A stretch of 64,000 bases of DNA from an uncultured Clostridia bacterium (GTDB lineage Bacteria; Bacillota; Clostridia; Oscillospirales; Oscillospiraceae). Positions 11,392 through 20,316 of this stretch are shown one piece after another; positions within the stretch are counted from its first letter, which is position 1, and every line of letters begins with the position of its first letter. The translations under genes and the position numbers were made by a program. The notes below the pieces were generated by a model. The model did not search any database. It was not told where the DNA came from and saw only the letters and a list, made by a program, of their open reading frames with translations. The DNA lies in contig CANTIK010000010.1 in NCBI GenBank assembly GCA_947653875.1, forward strand, positions 12,366-76,365, read 5' to 3'.

Positions 11392-11420
11392 TTGACAATT
11401 CTTTCACTTTCTACTAAGAT
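11392..11420 (+). promoter_or_regulatory. Candidate sigma-A promoter for coaW-larE
   Basis: TTGACA, 17 nt spacer, TAAGAT, 55 nt upstream of the start. Confidence 0.45.
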
Positions 11421-11473
11421 AAGGAGACAGCCGGGGCCGTTTTGAGAGGGCTCCGGGGGAGGAGGACACTGCT

Positions 11474-12298
11474 ATGTCCATTATTTTGGGTATCGATATC
11501 GGCGGCTCCACCACGAAGATCGTGGGGCTCCGGTCGGACGGGACCACCATCGCCATGCACCGGGTACAGGCTCAGGACCCCATCACGTCCCTCTACGGGG
11601 CCATGGGGAACTTCCTGTTTACCAACCGCCTCCAGCTGGGGGACGTGTCCCGGATCGCGCTGACGGGGGTGGGGGCCTCTTACATTGACGACGACATCTA
11701 CGGCATCCCCACGGAGAAGGTGGAGGAATTCGCCGCCGTGGGCGTGGGCGGACTGGCCCTCAGCGGGCAGGACCGGGCCGTGGTGGTCAGCATGGGTACC
11801 GGCACCGCTTTCATCTGGGCGGAGAAGGGAAAGCCCGTGCGGCATCTGTGCGGCTCCGGCGTGGGGGGCGGCACGCTGGCGGGGCTCTGCTCCCGGCTGT
11901 GCGGCACCCGGAAGTACCAGCAGATCGTGAAGCTGGCCTCGGAGGGGGACGTGGCCCGGGTGGACCTGACGGTGGGAGACCTGACCCGGAACAGCCATCC
12001 GTCCCTGCCGCTGGATATCACGGCGGCGAACTTCGGGAACGTCTCCGACGACGCGGCGGCGGGGGATTTTGCCGCCGGGGCCATCAATATGGTCTTGCAG
12101 TCCATCGGCACCACTGCCGTGATGGCCTGCCGGTTCTGTAACTGCGAGACGGCGGTGCTGACGGGGTTCATGTCCAATCTGCCCCAGGCGCGGGAGTGCT
12201 TCGATCTGTTTACCAGGCTTCATGGGATCAGATTCGTTATCCCGGATAACGCGACACACGCGACGTCCATCGGCGCGGCGCTGCATCTGGTGGAGTGA
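11474..12298 (+). CDS. coaW: Type II pantothenate kinase
   Basis: ASKHA motifs GIDIGGSTTK, GTGTAF, GSGVGGGT and DITAANFG match the staphylococcal CoaW pattern. Confidence 0.7.
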   Translation: MSIILGIDIGGSTTKIVGLRSDGTTIAMHRVQAQDPITSLYGAMGNFLFTNRLQLGDVSRIALTGVGASYIDDDIYGIPTEKVEEFAAVGVGGLALSGQDRAVVVSMGTGTAFIWAEKGKPVRHLCGSGVGGGTLAGLCSRLCGTRKYQQIVKLASEGDVARVDLTVGDLTRNSHPSLPLDITAANFGNVSDDAAAGDFAAGAINMVLQSIGTTAVMACRFCNCETAVLTGFMSNLPQARECFDLFTRLHGIRFVIPDNATHATSIGAALHLVE

Positions 12299-12301
12299 CG
12301 T

Positions 12302-13060
12302 ATGACGCTGCGGGAGTTTTTTGAGGAGAATCCGGTGTGCGCGGTTGCCTTTTCCGGCGGGGTGGACTCAGCGGTGCTGCTGTCCGCCGCAGCGGCCTAC
12401 GGGCGGAAGGCGGCGGCGTATTTTGTGCGGACGGTTTTTCAGCCGGGATTCGAGCTGGAGGATGCCCGGGAGACCGCCGGGCGGCTGGGCGTGGAGCTGC
12501 GGGTGCTGGAGGCTGACATTCTGGCGGTCCCGGAGGTCGCGGCCAATCCGGCGGACCGGTGCTACTACTGCAAGCGGGCGCTGTTCACCCGGCTGCTGGA
12601 GGAGGCGGCGCGGGACGGGTTCCCGGTGGTGCTGGACGGCGGCAACGCCTCCGACGACGCCGGGGACCGGCCCGGTATGCGGGCGCTGGCGGAGCTGGGG
12701 ATACGGTCCCCGCTGCGGGAGTGCGGCATCGGGAAGGCCGAGGTGCGGCGTATGGCCCGGGAGGCGGGTCTCAGGGTATGGGACAAGCCTTCCTATGCTT
12801 GTCTGGCGACGCGGGTCCCGGCGGGGACGGCAGTCTCGGCGGCAGCCCTGGCGCGAGTGGAACGAGGTGAGACAGCGCTGATGGCTTTGGGATTCTCCGA
12901 CCTCCGCCTGCGGCTGAGAGGAGAGGACGGGCTGCTCCAGGTCAGGGAGGAACAGCTTGAGCTGGCCCGGAGGCTGCTGCCGGAGATCCGGGAGCGCCTG
13001 GGGGGAGACTTCCGGACGGTCTGGCTGGATGATGTGCCGAGAGAGAGCCGGGAGACATGA
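12302..13060 (+). CDS. larE: LarE-like ATP-dependent sulfur transferase (PP-loop ATP pyrophosphatase)
   Basis: PP-loop SGGVDS and downstream PSYACLATR cysteine motif. 252 aa. Confidence 0.7.
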   Translation: MTLREFFEENPVCAVAFSGGVDSAVLLSAAAAYGRKAAAYFVRTVFQPGFELEDARETAGRLGVELRVLEADILAVPEVAANPADRCYYCKRALFTRLLEEAARDGFPVVLDGGNASDDAGDRPGMRALAELGIRSPLRECGIGKAEVRRMAREAGLRVWDKPSYACLATRVPAGTAVSAAALARVERGETALMALGFSDLRLRLRGEDGLLQVREEQLELARRLLPEIRERLGGDFRTVWLDDVPRESRET

Positions 13061-13088
13061 CGGATATGGGAAGAGCGGTCCGGTGGAG

Positions 13089-13679
13089 TCACCGGGCCGC
13101 TCTTTTAAGGTTTATGGCGGGGAGCTGGGGGATCAGGGTGCCGGAGGCTCCCAGAAGCAGGAACAGGCCCGCGTGACAGCGGACGGTCAGGAACAGGGCG
13201 GCGGCGGTGAGGAGGAGGGCGCAGAGGAGGCCGGTGCGGCGGCTCACGGTGTCCGCCGTCAGAGGCTCCCAGAGCCAGCTCACCAGAAGGTGCAGGGCGC
13301 GTCCGCCGTCCAGGGCGGGGATGGGCAGGAGGTTGAAGCAGCCCAGGACCAGGTTGGAGCCCGCCGCCGTGAAATGGCCCGTCAGCCGGGCCAGGAGAAG
13401 GGCCAGAGCCAGGTTGACCGCCGGGCCCGCCAGGGTGCAGGCGATTTCGCGGGGATAGGACAGGCGGCGGGTATCGGCCCGGATCTCCGCGCCGAAGGCG
13501 TTCAGCCGCAGGCGCTCCACCCGCGCTCCCGCCAGCCGCAGGGCCGAGAGATGCCCCAGCTCGTGACACGCCGCCGCCAGAAGCACCGGCGGCAGCGCCG
13601 GACCGGCTCCCCCCAGCAGGGCCAGGACGATGAGGGCTGCGAACCCCCAGCCCAGTTCCAGTTTACCCCACTTCCACAT
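13089..13679 (-). CDS. M50 site-2 protease, short form (SpoIVFB-like, no CBS domain)
   Basis: HELGH and NLLPIPALDGG motifs. 196 aa polytopic. Overlaps the upstream M23 gene. Confidence 0.75.
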   Translation of the reverse strand: MWKWGKLELGWGFAALIVLALLGGAGPALPPVLLAAACHELGHLSALRLAGARVERLRLNAFGAEIRADTRRLSYPREIACTLAGPAVNLALALLLARLTGHFTAAGSNLVLGCFNLLPIPALDGGRALHLLVSWLWEPLTADTVSRRTGLLCALLLTAAALFLTVRCHAGLFLLLGASGTLIPQLPAINLKRAAR

Positions 13680-14727
13680 AGTAAATGGGGTTCAGATACA
13701 GGGCTCCGTCGTGGAGTTCGAAATGGAGGTGGGGGCCGGTGACCAGTCCGGTATCCCCCACCTCGGCTATTTTCTCCCCCATGGCGACGCTCCCGGAGGA
13801 GGCGGTGATCCGGCTGCAGTGGGCGTACAGGGTGATATAGCCGCCCTCGTGCTGGAGCATGATATAGTTGCCCAGGGTGCTGCTCTCCCCGGAGGCGTAG
13901 ACCTCCCCGGCGGCGAAGGCCAGCACGTCCGTGCCGGTATTGGCCGCCAGGTCAACGCCGTAGTGGAATTTGCTGCCCCCCTCCACCGGATGCTCCCGCC
14001 AGCCGAAGGTGGAGGTGAGATGGCCCAGGACCGGAGTGCAGTGGGGAAAGCCCAGGTTGCGTTGCTCCAGGCTGGCGTTCTCCGGCATGGCGGCCATGGT
14101 GTAGAGATGGAATGCCTCCGCCGTGGCGGTGTCGTCCTCCTCAGGGGGAGACTCCGGGGCCTCGGGGGGCTGTGATCCGCCTCCGTCCCCCGCCGGGTGG
14201 GCGATGGAGCCGGAGGCGCTTTCGGGCGAGATCAGCAGCTCCCGCATCACCGCCTTGTCCGCCTCCGGCAGCTCCAGGGCTCCGAAGCGGAGAATGCGTG
14301 TGTCCGGACCGGAGGGGCCGGCGGCGGTATTGCTTGCGGGACGGGAGTCCTCCTCCGGCCGGGCCTCCGGAACGGGACCGTCCTCCGGGGCGGGGTCGTG
14401 CTGCTGCTCCAGGCCGGGATCGGGGTTGAAAACGGCGGTGTAGGCCTCCTGCAGGGAGTCGCCTACGGAACGCTCGCCGCTGACGGCCCGGCCTACGGCG
14501 GCGAAGGCCTCCCGGAAATCCGCGTCCCGGCCGATGAGCTGCCGGGCGGAGCCCGCCAGGCGCTCCACCGCCTCGGGAAACAGCAGCTTCGCCGCTACCA
14601 GCAGGACGAAAATCACGCCGCAGACGATCAGCCGGACCGGCGTCTGGTTCTCCGCGCCGCCCCGGCGGCGGCTTCTGGTCCGGCGCAGCTGCTGGGCACG
14701 GCGGCGCTGGGCATTGGCTGATGACAA
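13663..14727 (-). CDS. M23/LytM peptidase-domain membrane protein (SpoIVFA-like position)
   Basis: N-terminal TM. C-terminal HYGVD...HLHFE M23 motifs. Operon with the M50 protease. Confidence 0.8.
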   Translation of the reverse strand: MSSANAQRRRAQQLRRTRSRRRGGAENQTPVRLIVCGVIFVLLVAAKLLFPEAVERLAGSARQLIGRDADFREAFAAVGRAVSGERSVGDSLQEAYTAVFNPDPGLEQQHDPAPEDGPVPEARPEEDSRPASNTAAGPSGPDTRILRFGALELPEADKAVMRELLISPESASGSIAHPAGDGGGSQPPEAPESPPEEDDTATAEAFHLYTMAAMPENASLEQRNLGFPHCTPVLGHLTSTFGWREHPVEGGSKFHYGVDLAANTGTDVLAFAAGEVYASGESSTLGNYIMLQHEGGYITLYAHCSRITASSGSVAMGEKIAEVGDTGLVTGPHLHFELHDGALYLNPIYYVEVG

Positions 14728-14806
14728 TGGTATCCCCCCTTTTTGACGCTAGTTTATGCGAAAAAATGGAGGGATATGCCTGCGCGGCGGCGCGGCAGGA
14801 ACAGGA

Positions 14807-14835
14807 TTGTAATATGATGGTATATTTGCTATACT
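14807..14835 (+). promoter_or_regulatory. Candidate sigma-A promoter
   Basis: TTGTAA, 17 nt spacer, TATACT, upstream of the GNAT gene. Confidence 0.4.
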
Positions 14836-14865
14836 GAGATAAAAGCATATAAGGAGATGATCGTG

Positions 14866-15435
14866 ATGCTGCTTGCATGCAAAACGCCGGAGGAACTGGA
14901 TATCTCGAAGCTCCTAGCGATCTACCGCTCGGACTCCCTGGAGAACTGCCGGAGCATGTATCCGGAGGAGCCCACCGTGGAGGCTGCACTGGCCCTCTAT
15001 GAAGCGGGGTACGCGGCGTTCATGCGAAGTGAGTTTTTTGCCCGGCCGGGACGGCTGTGGATGGTGGAGACGGAGGACGGCCTCTGGGCCAGCGCCCTGC
15101 GGCTGCTGCCTTTTGAGGAGGCGAACACTTGGAAGCTTGAGGCCCTGGCGACCCATCCGGACCACCTAAGGCGCGGGTATGCCGCCCGGCTGCTGGCGGA
15201 CACGATCCGATATCTGGAAGAACGCTATGGGGTGGTCACGCTGCTCTCCAGCGTGGGGAAGAGCAACACGGCCTCTCTGCAAACCCATCTGCGCGCCGGC
15301 TTTGTCTGGGAGGGAGAAGCCCAACTGGAGGACGGCTGGCGGTATACGATGGCCTACCGCTCACCCCAGGGGGACAGGTCTGCCGGAACCGGCGCGTCCA
15401 GCGTCAGGCCGTCCGGTGTGACCAGACAGTCATAG
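14866..15435 (+). CDS. GNAT family N-acetyltransferase
   Basis: RRGYAARLL acetyl-CoA motif. Start chosen 9 nt after AAGGAG (alternatives at 14857 and 14863). The 3' end overlaps sfsA convergently. Confidence 0.65.
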   Translation: MLLACKTPEELDISKLLAIYRSDSLENCRSMYPEEPTVEAALALYEAGYAAFMRSEFFARPGRLWMVETEDGLWASALRLLPFEEANTWKLEALATHPDHLRRGYAARLLADTIRYLEERYGVVTLLSSVGKSNTASLQTHLRAGFVWEGEAQLEDGWRYTMAYRSPQGDRSAGTGASSVRPSGVTRQS

Positions 15436-16052
15436 GCGTATACGTCCACTCCGTTTCCGGCGGCCTCCCGCAGGGCCGCGCCGAAGGCGGGGTGGGTGGC
15501 GTCGTTGGGCCGGAACCGGGCGGGGCCCTTCATCTGAATGACAAAGAAGACTGCCGCACGATGGCCCTGTTCCACCGCCCGCTGGAGGCCCCGGAGGTGC
15601 TTCACGCCCCGCTCCGTAGGCGCGTCGGGGAAACGGACCTCGCCGTCCTCCTCCAGGGTCACGCCCTTGACCTCTACGAAGATTTTTCCTTGGGCGTCTT
15701 CTAAAAGGAAGTCGAAGCGGGAATCCTCCCAGGTGAACTCAGGCCGGATGGCGGTGAGGTCCGGCAGGAAGTTCCCCGCTGCCGCCCATTCGCCGAAGAC
15801 CTTGTTGGGGGCCTGAGCGTCCATATTGATGAGCAGGCCCCCCTTCTCCACGGCGACGAGGTCGTACCTCGTCTTCCGGGCCGGGTTGGCGGAGGACTCC
15901 AGGTAAACGGCGGCGCCGGGGACCAGAAGCTCCCGGCAGCGGCCCGTGTTCTTCACGTGGCATACCTCCGTGCGCCCGTTCAGGTCCACATGGGCGATGA
16001 AGCGGTTGGGGCGGGCGAGGAACCGGGCCCGCTGGATGGCTTGATAACGCAT
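15354..16052 (-). CDS. sfsA: Sugar fermentation stimulation protein SfsA
   Basis: 232 aa. RPNRFIAHV...CHVKNTGRCRELL is the SfsA signature. Confidence 0.9.
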   Translation of the reverse strand: MRYQAIQRARFLARPNRFIAHVDLNGRTEVCHVKNTGRCRELLVPGAAVYLESSANPARKTRYDLVAVEKGGLLINMDAQAPNKVFGEWAAAGNFLPDLTAIRPEFTWEDSRFDFLLEDAQGKIFVEVKGVTLEEDGEVRFPDAPTERGVKHLRGLQRAVEQGHRAAVFFVIQMKGPARFRPNDATHPAFGAALREAAGNGVDVYAYDCLVTPDGLTLDAPVPADLSPWGER

Positions 16053-16163
16053 ACGCGCTCTCCTTCTGTTGGGAAGACTGTAACGGTATCATACCACAGC
16101 GGGAGTGAAAAGGAAAGTGCCTGTCCGGCTCGAAAACTTGTCGGAAATGTGCAGGGAAAGGTA

Positions 16164-16192
16164 TTGAAATTTTCCGGAAAGTTTGCTATACT
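16164..16192 (+). promoter_or_regulatory. Sigma-A promoter of the decarboxylase operon
   Basis: TTGAAA, 17 nt spacer, TATACT. A GTGAAAAT/ATTTTCAC palindrome lies just downstream (16211-16233). Confidence 0.5.
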
Positions 16193-16296
16193 AAAAACAA
16201 TTTCGCGCGCGTGAAAATTGTCAGGATTTTCACGAGGAACCAGGCGGCCCGCTATCCGGCGGACTGCCAACATTTGTGAGAAGGAGGAACCACCTG

Positions 16297-16584
16297 ATGC
16301 CTGAACCGTCAATTCCGTTCGTCATTCTGATGGGTGTAGGAGTCGTCTTTATCGGCCTGATCTGCATCATTCTCCTCTGTATGGCCATGAGCGCCATCTG
16401 CAGATCCATGGGAGACAAGACGCCCGCTCCGGCGCCGGCTGCCGCGGCCCCTGCCGCTCCTGCCGCTTCCGCCGGGAACATCCCCAACCGCCAGGCCATG
16501 GTCGCGGCGATTGCCGTCGCCGTCGCGGAGGAAATGGGGACCGATCCCGCCGGTATCCGTATCCTGTCCATTAAACAACTTTAA
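16297..16584 (+). CDS. oadG: OadG-family decarboxylase gamma subunit
   Basis: One TM helix, Ala/Pro linker, conserved C-terminal AAIAVAVAEEMG. GAAGGAGG RBS. Confidence 0.7.
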   Translation: MPEPSIPFVILMGVGVVFIGLICIILLCMAMSAICRSMGDKTPAPAPAAAAPAAPAASAGNIPNRQAMVAAIAVAVAEEMGTDPAGIRILSIKQL

Positions 16585-16606
16585 TTGAGAAGAGAGGAAA
16601 AGAGTC

Positions 16607-16948
16607 ATGAAAAAGTACAAGGTAAATGTGAACGGCACCGTTTATGAGGTCACTGTCGAGGCCATGGACGGCGCTGCCCCCGTAGCTGCGGCTCCCGCCG
16701 CCGCTCCCGCCCCTGCCGCCGCCGCTCCCGCAGGCGGCGAGAAGGTCTCCGCCCCCATGCCCGGCACCATCCTGGACGTGCGCGTCAGCAACGGCCAGAC
16801 CGTGAAGAAGGGCGACATCCTCTTTATTCTCGAGGCCATGAAGATGGAGAACGAGATCATGGCGCCCTGCGGCGGCACCATTGCTTCCGTCAGCGTCACC
16901 AAGGGCGCGGCGGTGGATTCCGGCGCTCTGCTGTGCGTGATCGGCTAA
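16607..16948 (+). CDS. Biotin carboxyl carrier (biotinyl domain) protein
   Basis: Ala/Pro linker plus EAMKMENEI biotinylation motif. Confidence 0.85.
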   Translation: MKKYKVNVNGTVYEVTVEAMDGAAPVAAAPAAAPAPAAAAPAGGEKVSAPMPGTILDVRVSNGQTVKKGDILFILEAMKMENEIMAPCGGTIASVSVTKGAAVDSGALLCVIG

Positions 16949-16974
16949 GGCCGGGACGCTGGGAGGAATATTAA

Positions 16975-18252
16975 ATGGAAGCTATCATGAATTTCATTCA
17001 GGCGACCGGCTTCTATCAGATTGCCACGGGGGACTGGAAGGTCTTGATTATGATGGTCATCGCCTTCGTCCTGCTGTACCTGGCGATTGTGAAGAAGTTC
17101 GAGCCCCTGCTGCTGCTGCCGATTGCCTTCGGTATGCTCATCACCAACCTGCCCGGCGCGGAGATGTATCATGAGATTCTCTTTGCCGGCGGACACGTCA
17201 ACTGGGAGATCTTCGGCGGTCATCCCATTGACCAGGCGTTTATTGACAAATTGAATGACTTGAGGGTATCCCCCGATGTCATCAATACAGTGCAGATGGG
17301 ACAGACCATCTCCGTGGGCCTGCTTGACATACTGTATCTGGGCGTCAAGCTGGGCATCTACCCCTGCCTCATCTTCATGGGCGTGGGCGCGGGCACCGAC
17401 TTCGGTCCCCTGATCGCCAACCCCAAGACCCTGCTGCTGGGCGCGGCCGCCCAGCTGGGCATCTTCATGACCTACGCAGGCTGCCGCCTGTCCGGCATGA
17501 TCCCGGGCTTTGACGGATTCACCTCCGCAGAGGCCGGCTCCATCGGCATCATCGGCGGTGCGGACGGCCCCACGGCCATCTTTGTCACCAGCCGTCTGGC
17601 TCCTCACCTGCTGGGGCCCATCGCCGTTGCGGCATACAGCTACATGGCCCTGGTGCCGGTCATTCAGCCCCCCATCATGCGGGCGCTGACCAGCGAGGCG
17701 GAGCGGAAGATCGTGATGCGCCCCCTGCGTCAGGTTTCCAAGCGTGAGAAAATCCTGTTCCCCATTGTCGTTACCGTGTTCGTGGCCCTGCTGGTGCCCT
17801 CCGCCGGTCCTCTGATCGCCTGCCTGATGCTGGGCAACCTGTTTAAGGAGTCCGGCGTGGTGGAGCGTCTGAACAAGACCGCCCAGAACGAGCTGATGAA
17901 TATCGTCACCATCTTCCTGGGCATCTCCGTGGGCGCTACCGCTACCGCCACCACCTTCCTGTCCTTCCAGACCATCGCCATCATGCTCATGGGCGTTGTG
18001 GCTTTTGGATTCGGTACGGCGGGCGGCGTGCTGCTGGCCAAGTTCATGAACCTGTTCCTCAAGGAGAAGATCAATCCCCTTATCGGCTCCGCCGGTGTGT
18101 CCGCGGTGCCTATGGCGGCCCGCGTGTCTCAGGTGGAGGGGCAGAAGGCCAACCCGGCCAACTTCCTGCTGATGCACGCTATGGGACCCAACGTCGCCGG
18201 CGTGATTGGTTCCGCCATCGCCGCCGGTGTGCTGATGGCGCTGTTCGGTTAA
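16975..18252 (+). CDS. oadB: Na+-translocating decarboxylase beta subunit
   Basis: 425 aa polytopic. OadB/GcdB/MmdB-like sequence throughout. Confidence 0.9.
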   Translation: MEAIMNFIQATGFYQIATGDWKVLIMMVIAFVLLYLAIVKKFEPLLLLPIAFGMLITNLPGAEMYHEILFAGGHVNWEIFGGHPIDQAFIDKLNDLRVSPDVINTVQMGQTISVGLLDILYLGVKLGIYPCLIFMGVGAGTDFGPLIANPKTLLLGAAAQLGIFMTYAGCRLSGMIPGFDGFTSAEAGSIGIIGGADGPTAIFVTSRLAPHLLGPIAVAAYSYMALVPVIQPPIMRALTSEAERKIVMRPLRQVSKREKILFPIVVTVFVALLVPSAGPLIACLMLGNLFKESGVVERLNKTAQNELMNIVTIFLGISVGATATATTFLSFQTIAIMLMGVVAFGFGTAGGVLLAKFMNLFLKEKINPLIGSAGVSAVPMAARVSQVEGQKANPANFLLMHAMGPNVAGVIGSAIAAGVLMALFG

Positions 18253-18304
18253 TGGTTCTCTGCGCCGCTGCGCGGCGCATGGCAAGCTGTTTCGTTTCGG
18301 AGGC

Positions 18305-18800
18305 CCGGGGCTTACGCAGCCCCGGACTCCGCGCCTACTTTTGCCCCGCGGCAAAAGTAGGCAAAAACGCGCCAGAACCATATGGTTCTGGACTCCTTTT
18401 ACGGGGGAGCAAAGGGCTGTGCGGCGGGGTTTCTGGTTAGGCGAAGCCTCCGAATTTGCAGTTCTTCTTCTGCCACTCTGGTACTTGTAGAACTTCGCCT
18501 GTCGGCCTTTCAAAGAGAGACTGCCTGCAAGGGGCGCTTGTTCTAACGAACCAGCCAGCAACTTGCACCCCGGCGAGCCTGCCCCGCTAAAGCGGTAGGG
18601 GCCATCGTCAACCACGCTGAAATAGAAACTGAAGTTGCACGAAGCGGACGGCAGTATGGTAGACCAAACCAGACTGTGCCTCGGGCGCAAACCAATAACC
18701 CCCGTAATGAAGGAGGATTCTTAAGGAACGTAGTTCCTTAAGCGACCTTTTGCTTCTTTTCGTTCGCACGAAAAGAAGGTCCCCGCCCCTGGTGGGGCGG
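18305..18800. repeat. Structured noncoding repeat, copy 1 (inverted relative to copy 2)
   Basis: Alignable to the reverse complement of 43896-44430. GC hairpins at 18305-18325 and 18783-18800. Paired AT-rich hairpins and conserved islands inside. Confidence 0.7.
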
Positions 18801-18849
18801 AAAAAGCCTCCGCCGCCGTGAAACGGCGGCATAAGAAAGGAGCAATTCA

Positions 18850-20316
18850 ATGGAAACAATGGAATTTCTGTCCAAGAAACCCCTCTTAATTACTGATACC
18901 ATCCTCCGCGATGCCCACCAGTCCCAGGCCGCTACCCGCATGACCATCGAGGACATGCTCCCCGCCTGCGAGATTCTGGACTCCATCGGCTACTACTCCC
19001 TGGAGTGCTGGGGCGGCGCTACCTTCGATGTGTGCATGCGCTTCCTCAACGAGGATCCCTGGGAGCGGCTGCGCACCCTGCGCAAGCATCTGCCCAACAC
19101 CAAGCTGCAGATGCTCTTCCGCGGCCAGAACATCCTGGGCTACAAGCACTATGCCGACGACGTGGTGGACGCCTTCTGCCGCAAGTCCATTGAGAACGGT
19201 ATCGACATCATCCGCATCTTCGACGCCCTCAACGATGTGCGCAACCTGGAGCAGGCCATCAAGTCTACCAAGAAGTATGGCGGCACCGTGGAGGCCACCC
19301 TGTCCTACACCATCTCCCCCATCCACAACGAGGACTACTTTGTGAAGATGGCCAAGGAGCTGGAGCAGATGGGCGCGGACACCCTGTGCATCAAGGACAT
19401 GGCCAACCTGCTGCTGCCCATGGACGCTTACTCTCTGGTCAAGCGGCTCAAGGAGAGCGTCAAGATGCCCATCCACCTGCACACCCACAACACCACCGGT
19501 ACCGGCGACATGGTGTACCTCATGGCCGCCTATGCCGGTGTGGATATCGTGGATACCGCTCTGAGCCCCCTGGCCAACGGTACCGCCCAGCCCTCCACCG
19601 AGTCCCTGGTGGCAACCCTCCAGGGCACCGTCCGGGATACCGGTCTGGATCTGAACAAGATGAGCGACGCCGCCGTCCACTTCCGGAAGGTGGCCCAGCG
19701 CCTGAAGGACACCGGCTCTCTGGACCCCAAGGTGCTGAACGTGGACACCAACACCCTGCTCTATCAGGTGCCCGGCGGTATGCTGTCCAACCTTATCAGC
19801 CAGCTCAAGCAGGCCGGTAAGGAGGATAAGTATTACGACGTGCTGGCGGAGATTCCCCGCGTCCGTGAGGACTACGGCTATCCCCCGCTGGTGACCCCCT
19901 CCTCTCAGATCGTGGGTACCCAGGCCGTGATGAACGTCATCATGGGCGAGCGCTACAAGACCTTCACCAAGGAGTCCCGGGCCGTCCTGAAGGGCGAGTA
20001 CGGCGCTCTGCCCGGCAAGGTCAACGAGAAGGTCCGGGAGAAGGCCGGCATCAAGCCTGACGAGGTCATCACGTGCCGTCCGGCGGATCTGCTGGAGCCT
20101 GAGCTGGAGAAGTACAAGGCCGAGTTCAAGGATCTGGCCAAGAGCGAGGAGGACGTGCTGAGTCTGGCGCTGTTCCCCCAGGTGGCCCCCAAGTTCCTGG
20201 CCTGGAGAGACGGCCCCCACGACGAGCCCAAGGCCGCTCCCGCCCCTGCCGCCGCAAAGCCCGCCGCCGATCCCAATGCGGTGCGCGAGCTGTACGTGGA
20301 CGATAAGAGCATCTGA
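18850..20316 (+). CDS. oadA: Oxaloacetate decarboxylase alpha / carboxyltransferase 5S subunit, without biotinyl domain
   Basis: LRDAHQS and TIM-barrel carboxyltransferase sequence. The C-terminus ends in an Ala/Pro linker with no MKM motif. Confidence 0.9.
   Translation: METMEFLSKKPLLITDTILRDAHQSQAATRMTIEDMLPACEILDSIGYYSLECWGGATFDVCMRFLNEDPWERLRTLRKHLPNTKLQMLFRGQNILGYKHYADDVVDAFCRKSIENGIDIIRIFDALNDVRNLEQAIKSTKKYGGTVEATLSYTISPIHNEDYFVKMAKELEQMGADTLCIKDMANLLLPMDAYSLVKRLKESVKMPIHLHTHNTTGTGDMVYLMAAYAGVDIVDTALSPLANGTAQPSTESLVATLQGTVRDTGLDLNKMSDAAVHFRKVAQRLKDTGSLDPKVLNVDTNTLLYQVPGGMLSNLISQLKQAGKEDKYYDVLAEIPRVREDYGYPPLVTPSSQIVGTQAVMNVIMGERYKTFTKESRAVLKGEYGALPGKVNEKVREKAGIKPDEVITCRPADLLEPELEKYKAEFKDLAKSEEDVLSLALFPQVAPKFLAWRDGPHDEPKAAPAPAAAKPAADPNAVRELYVDDKSI

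Noticed and set aside
15354-15435. 82 bp convergent overlap of the GNAT and sfsA coding regions
   Set aside because: It is probably just a late stop in the GNAT frame, or the GNAT gene ends functionally earlier. It is not evidence of anything unusual.
16945-18690. 581 aa minus-strand ORF spanning oadB and part of structured repeat copy 1
   Set aside because: It is antisense to a well-supported oadB. The portion inside the repeat resembles a translation of copy 2 only because the DNA is homologous; the two frames are not consistently maintained.
18305-18800. Structured repeat considered as a known RNA (RNase P, tmRNA, SRP, 6S, group II intron, T-box, riboswitch)
   Set aside because: None of the signature sequences I know for these classes is present, and two inverted copies argue against a single-copy housekeeping RNA. 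It cannot be excluded as OLE, ROOL, GOLLD, raiA or Clostridiales-type large ncRNAs without a covariance-model search.
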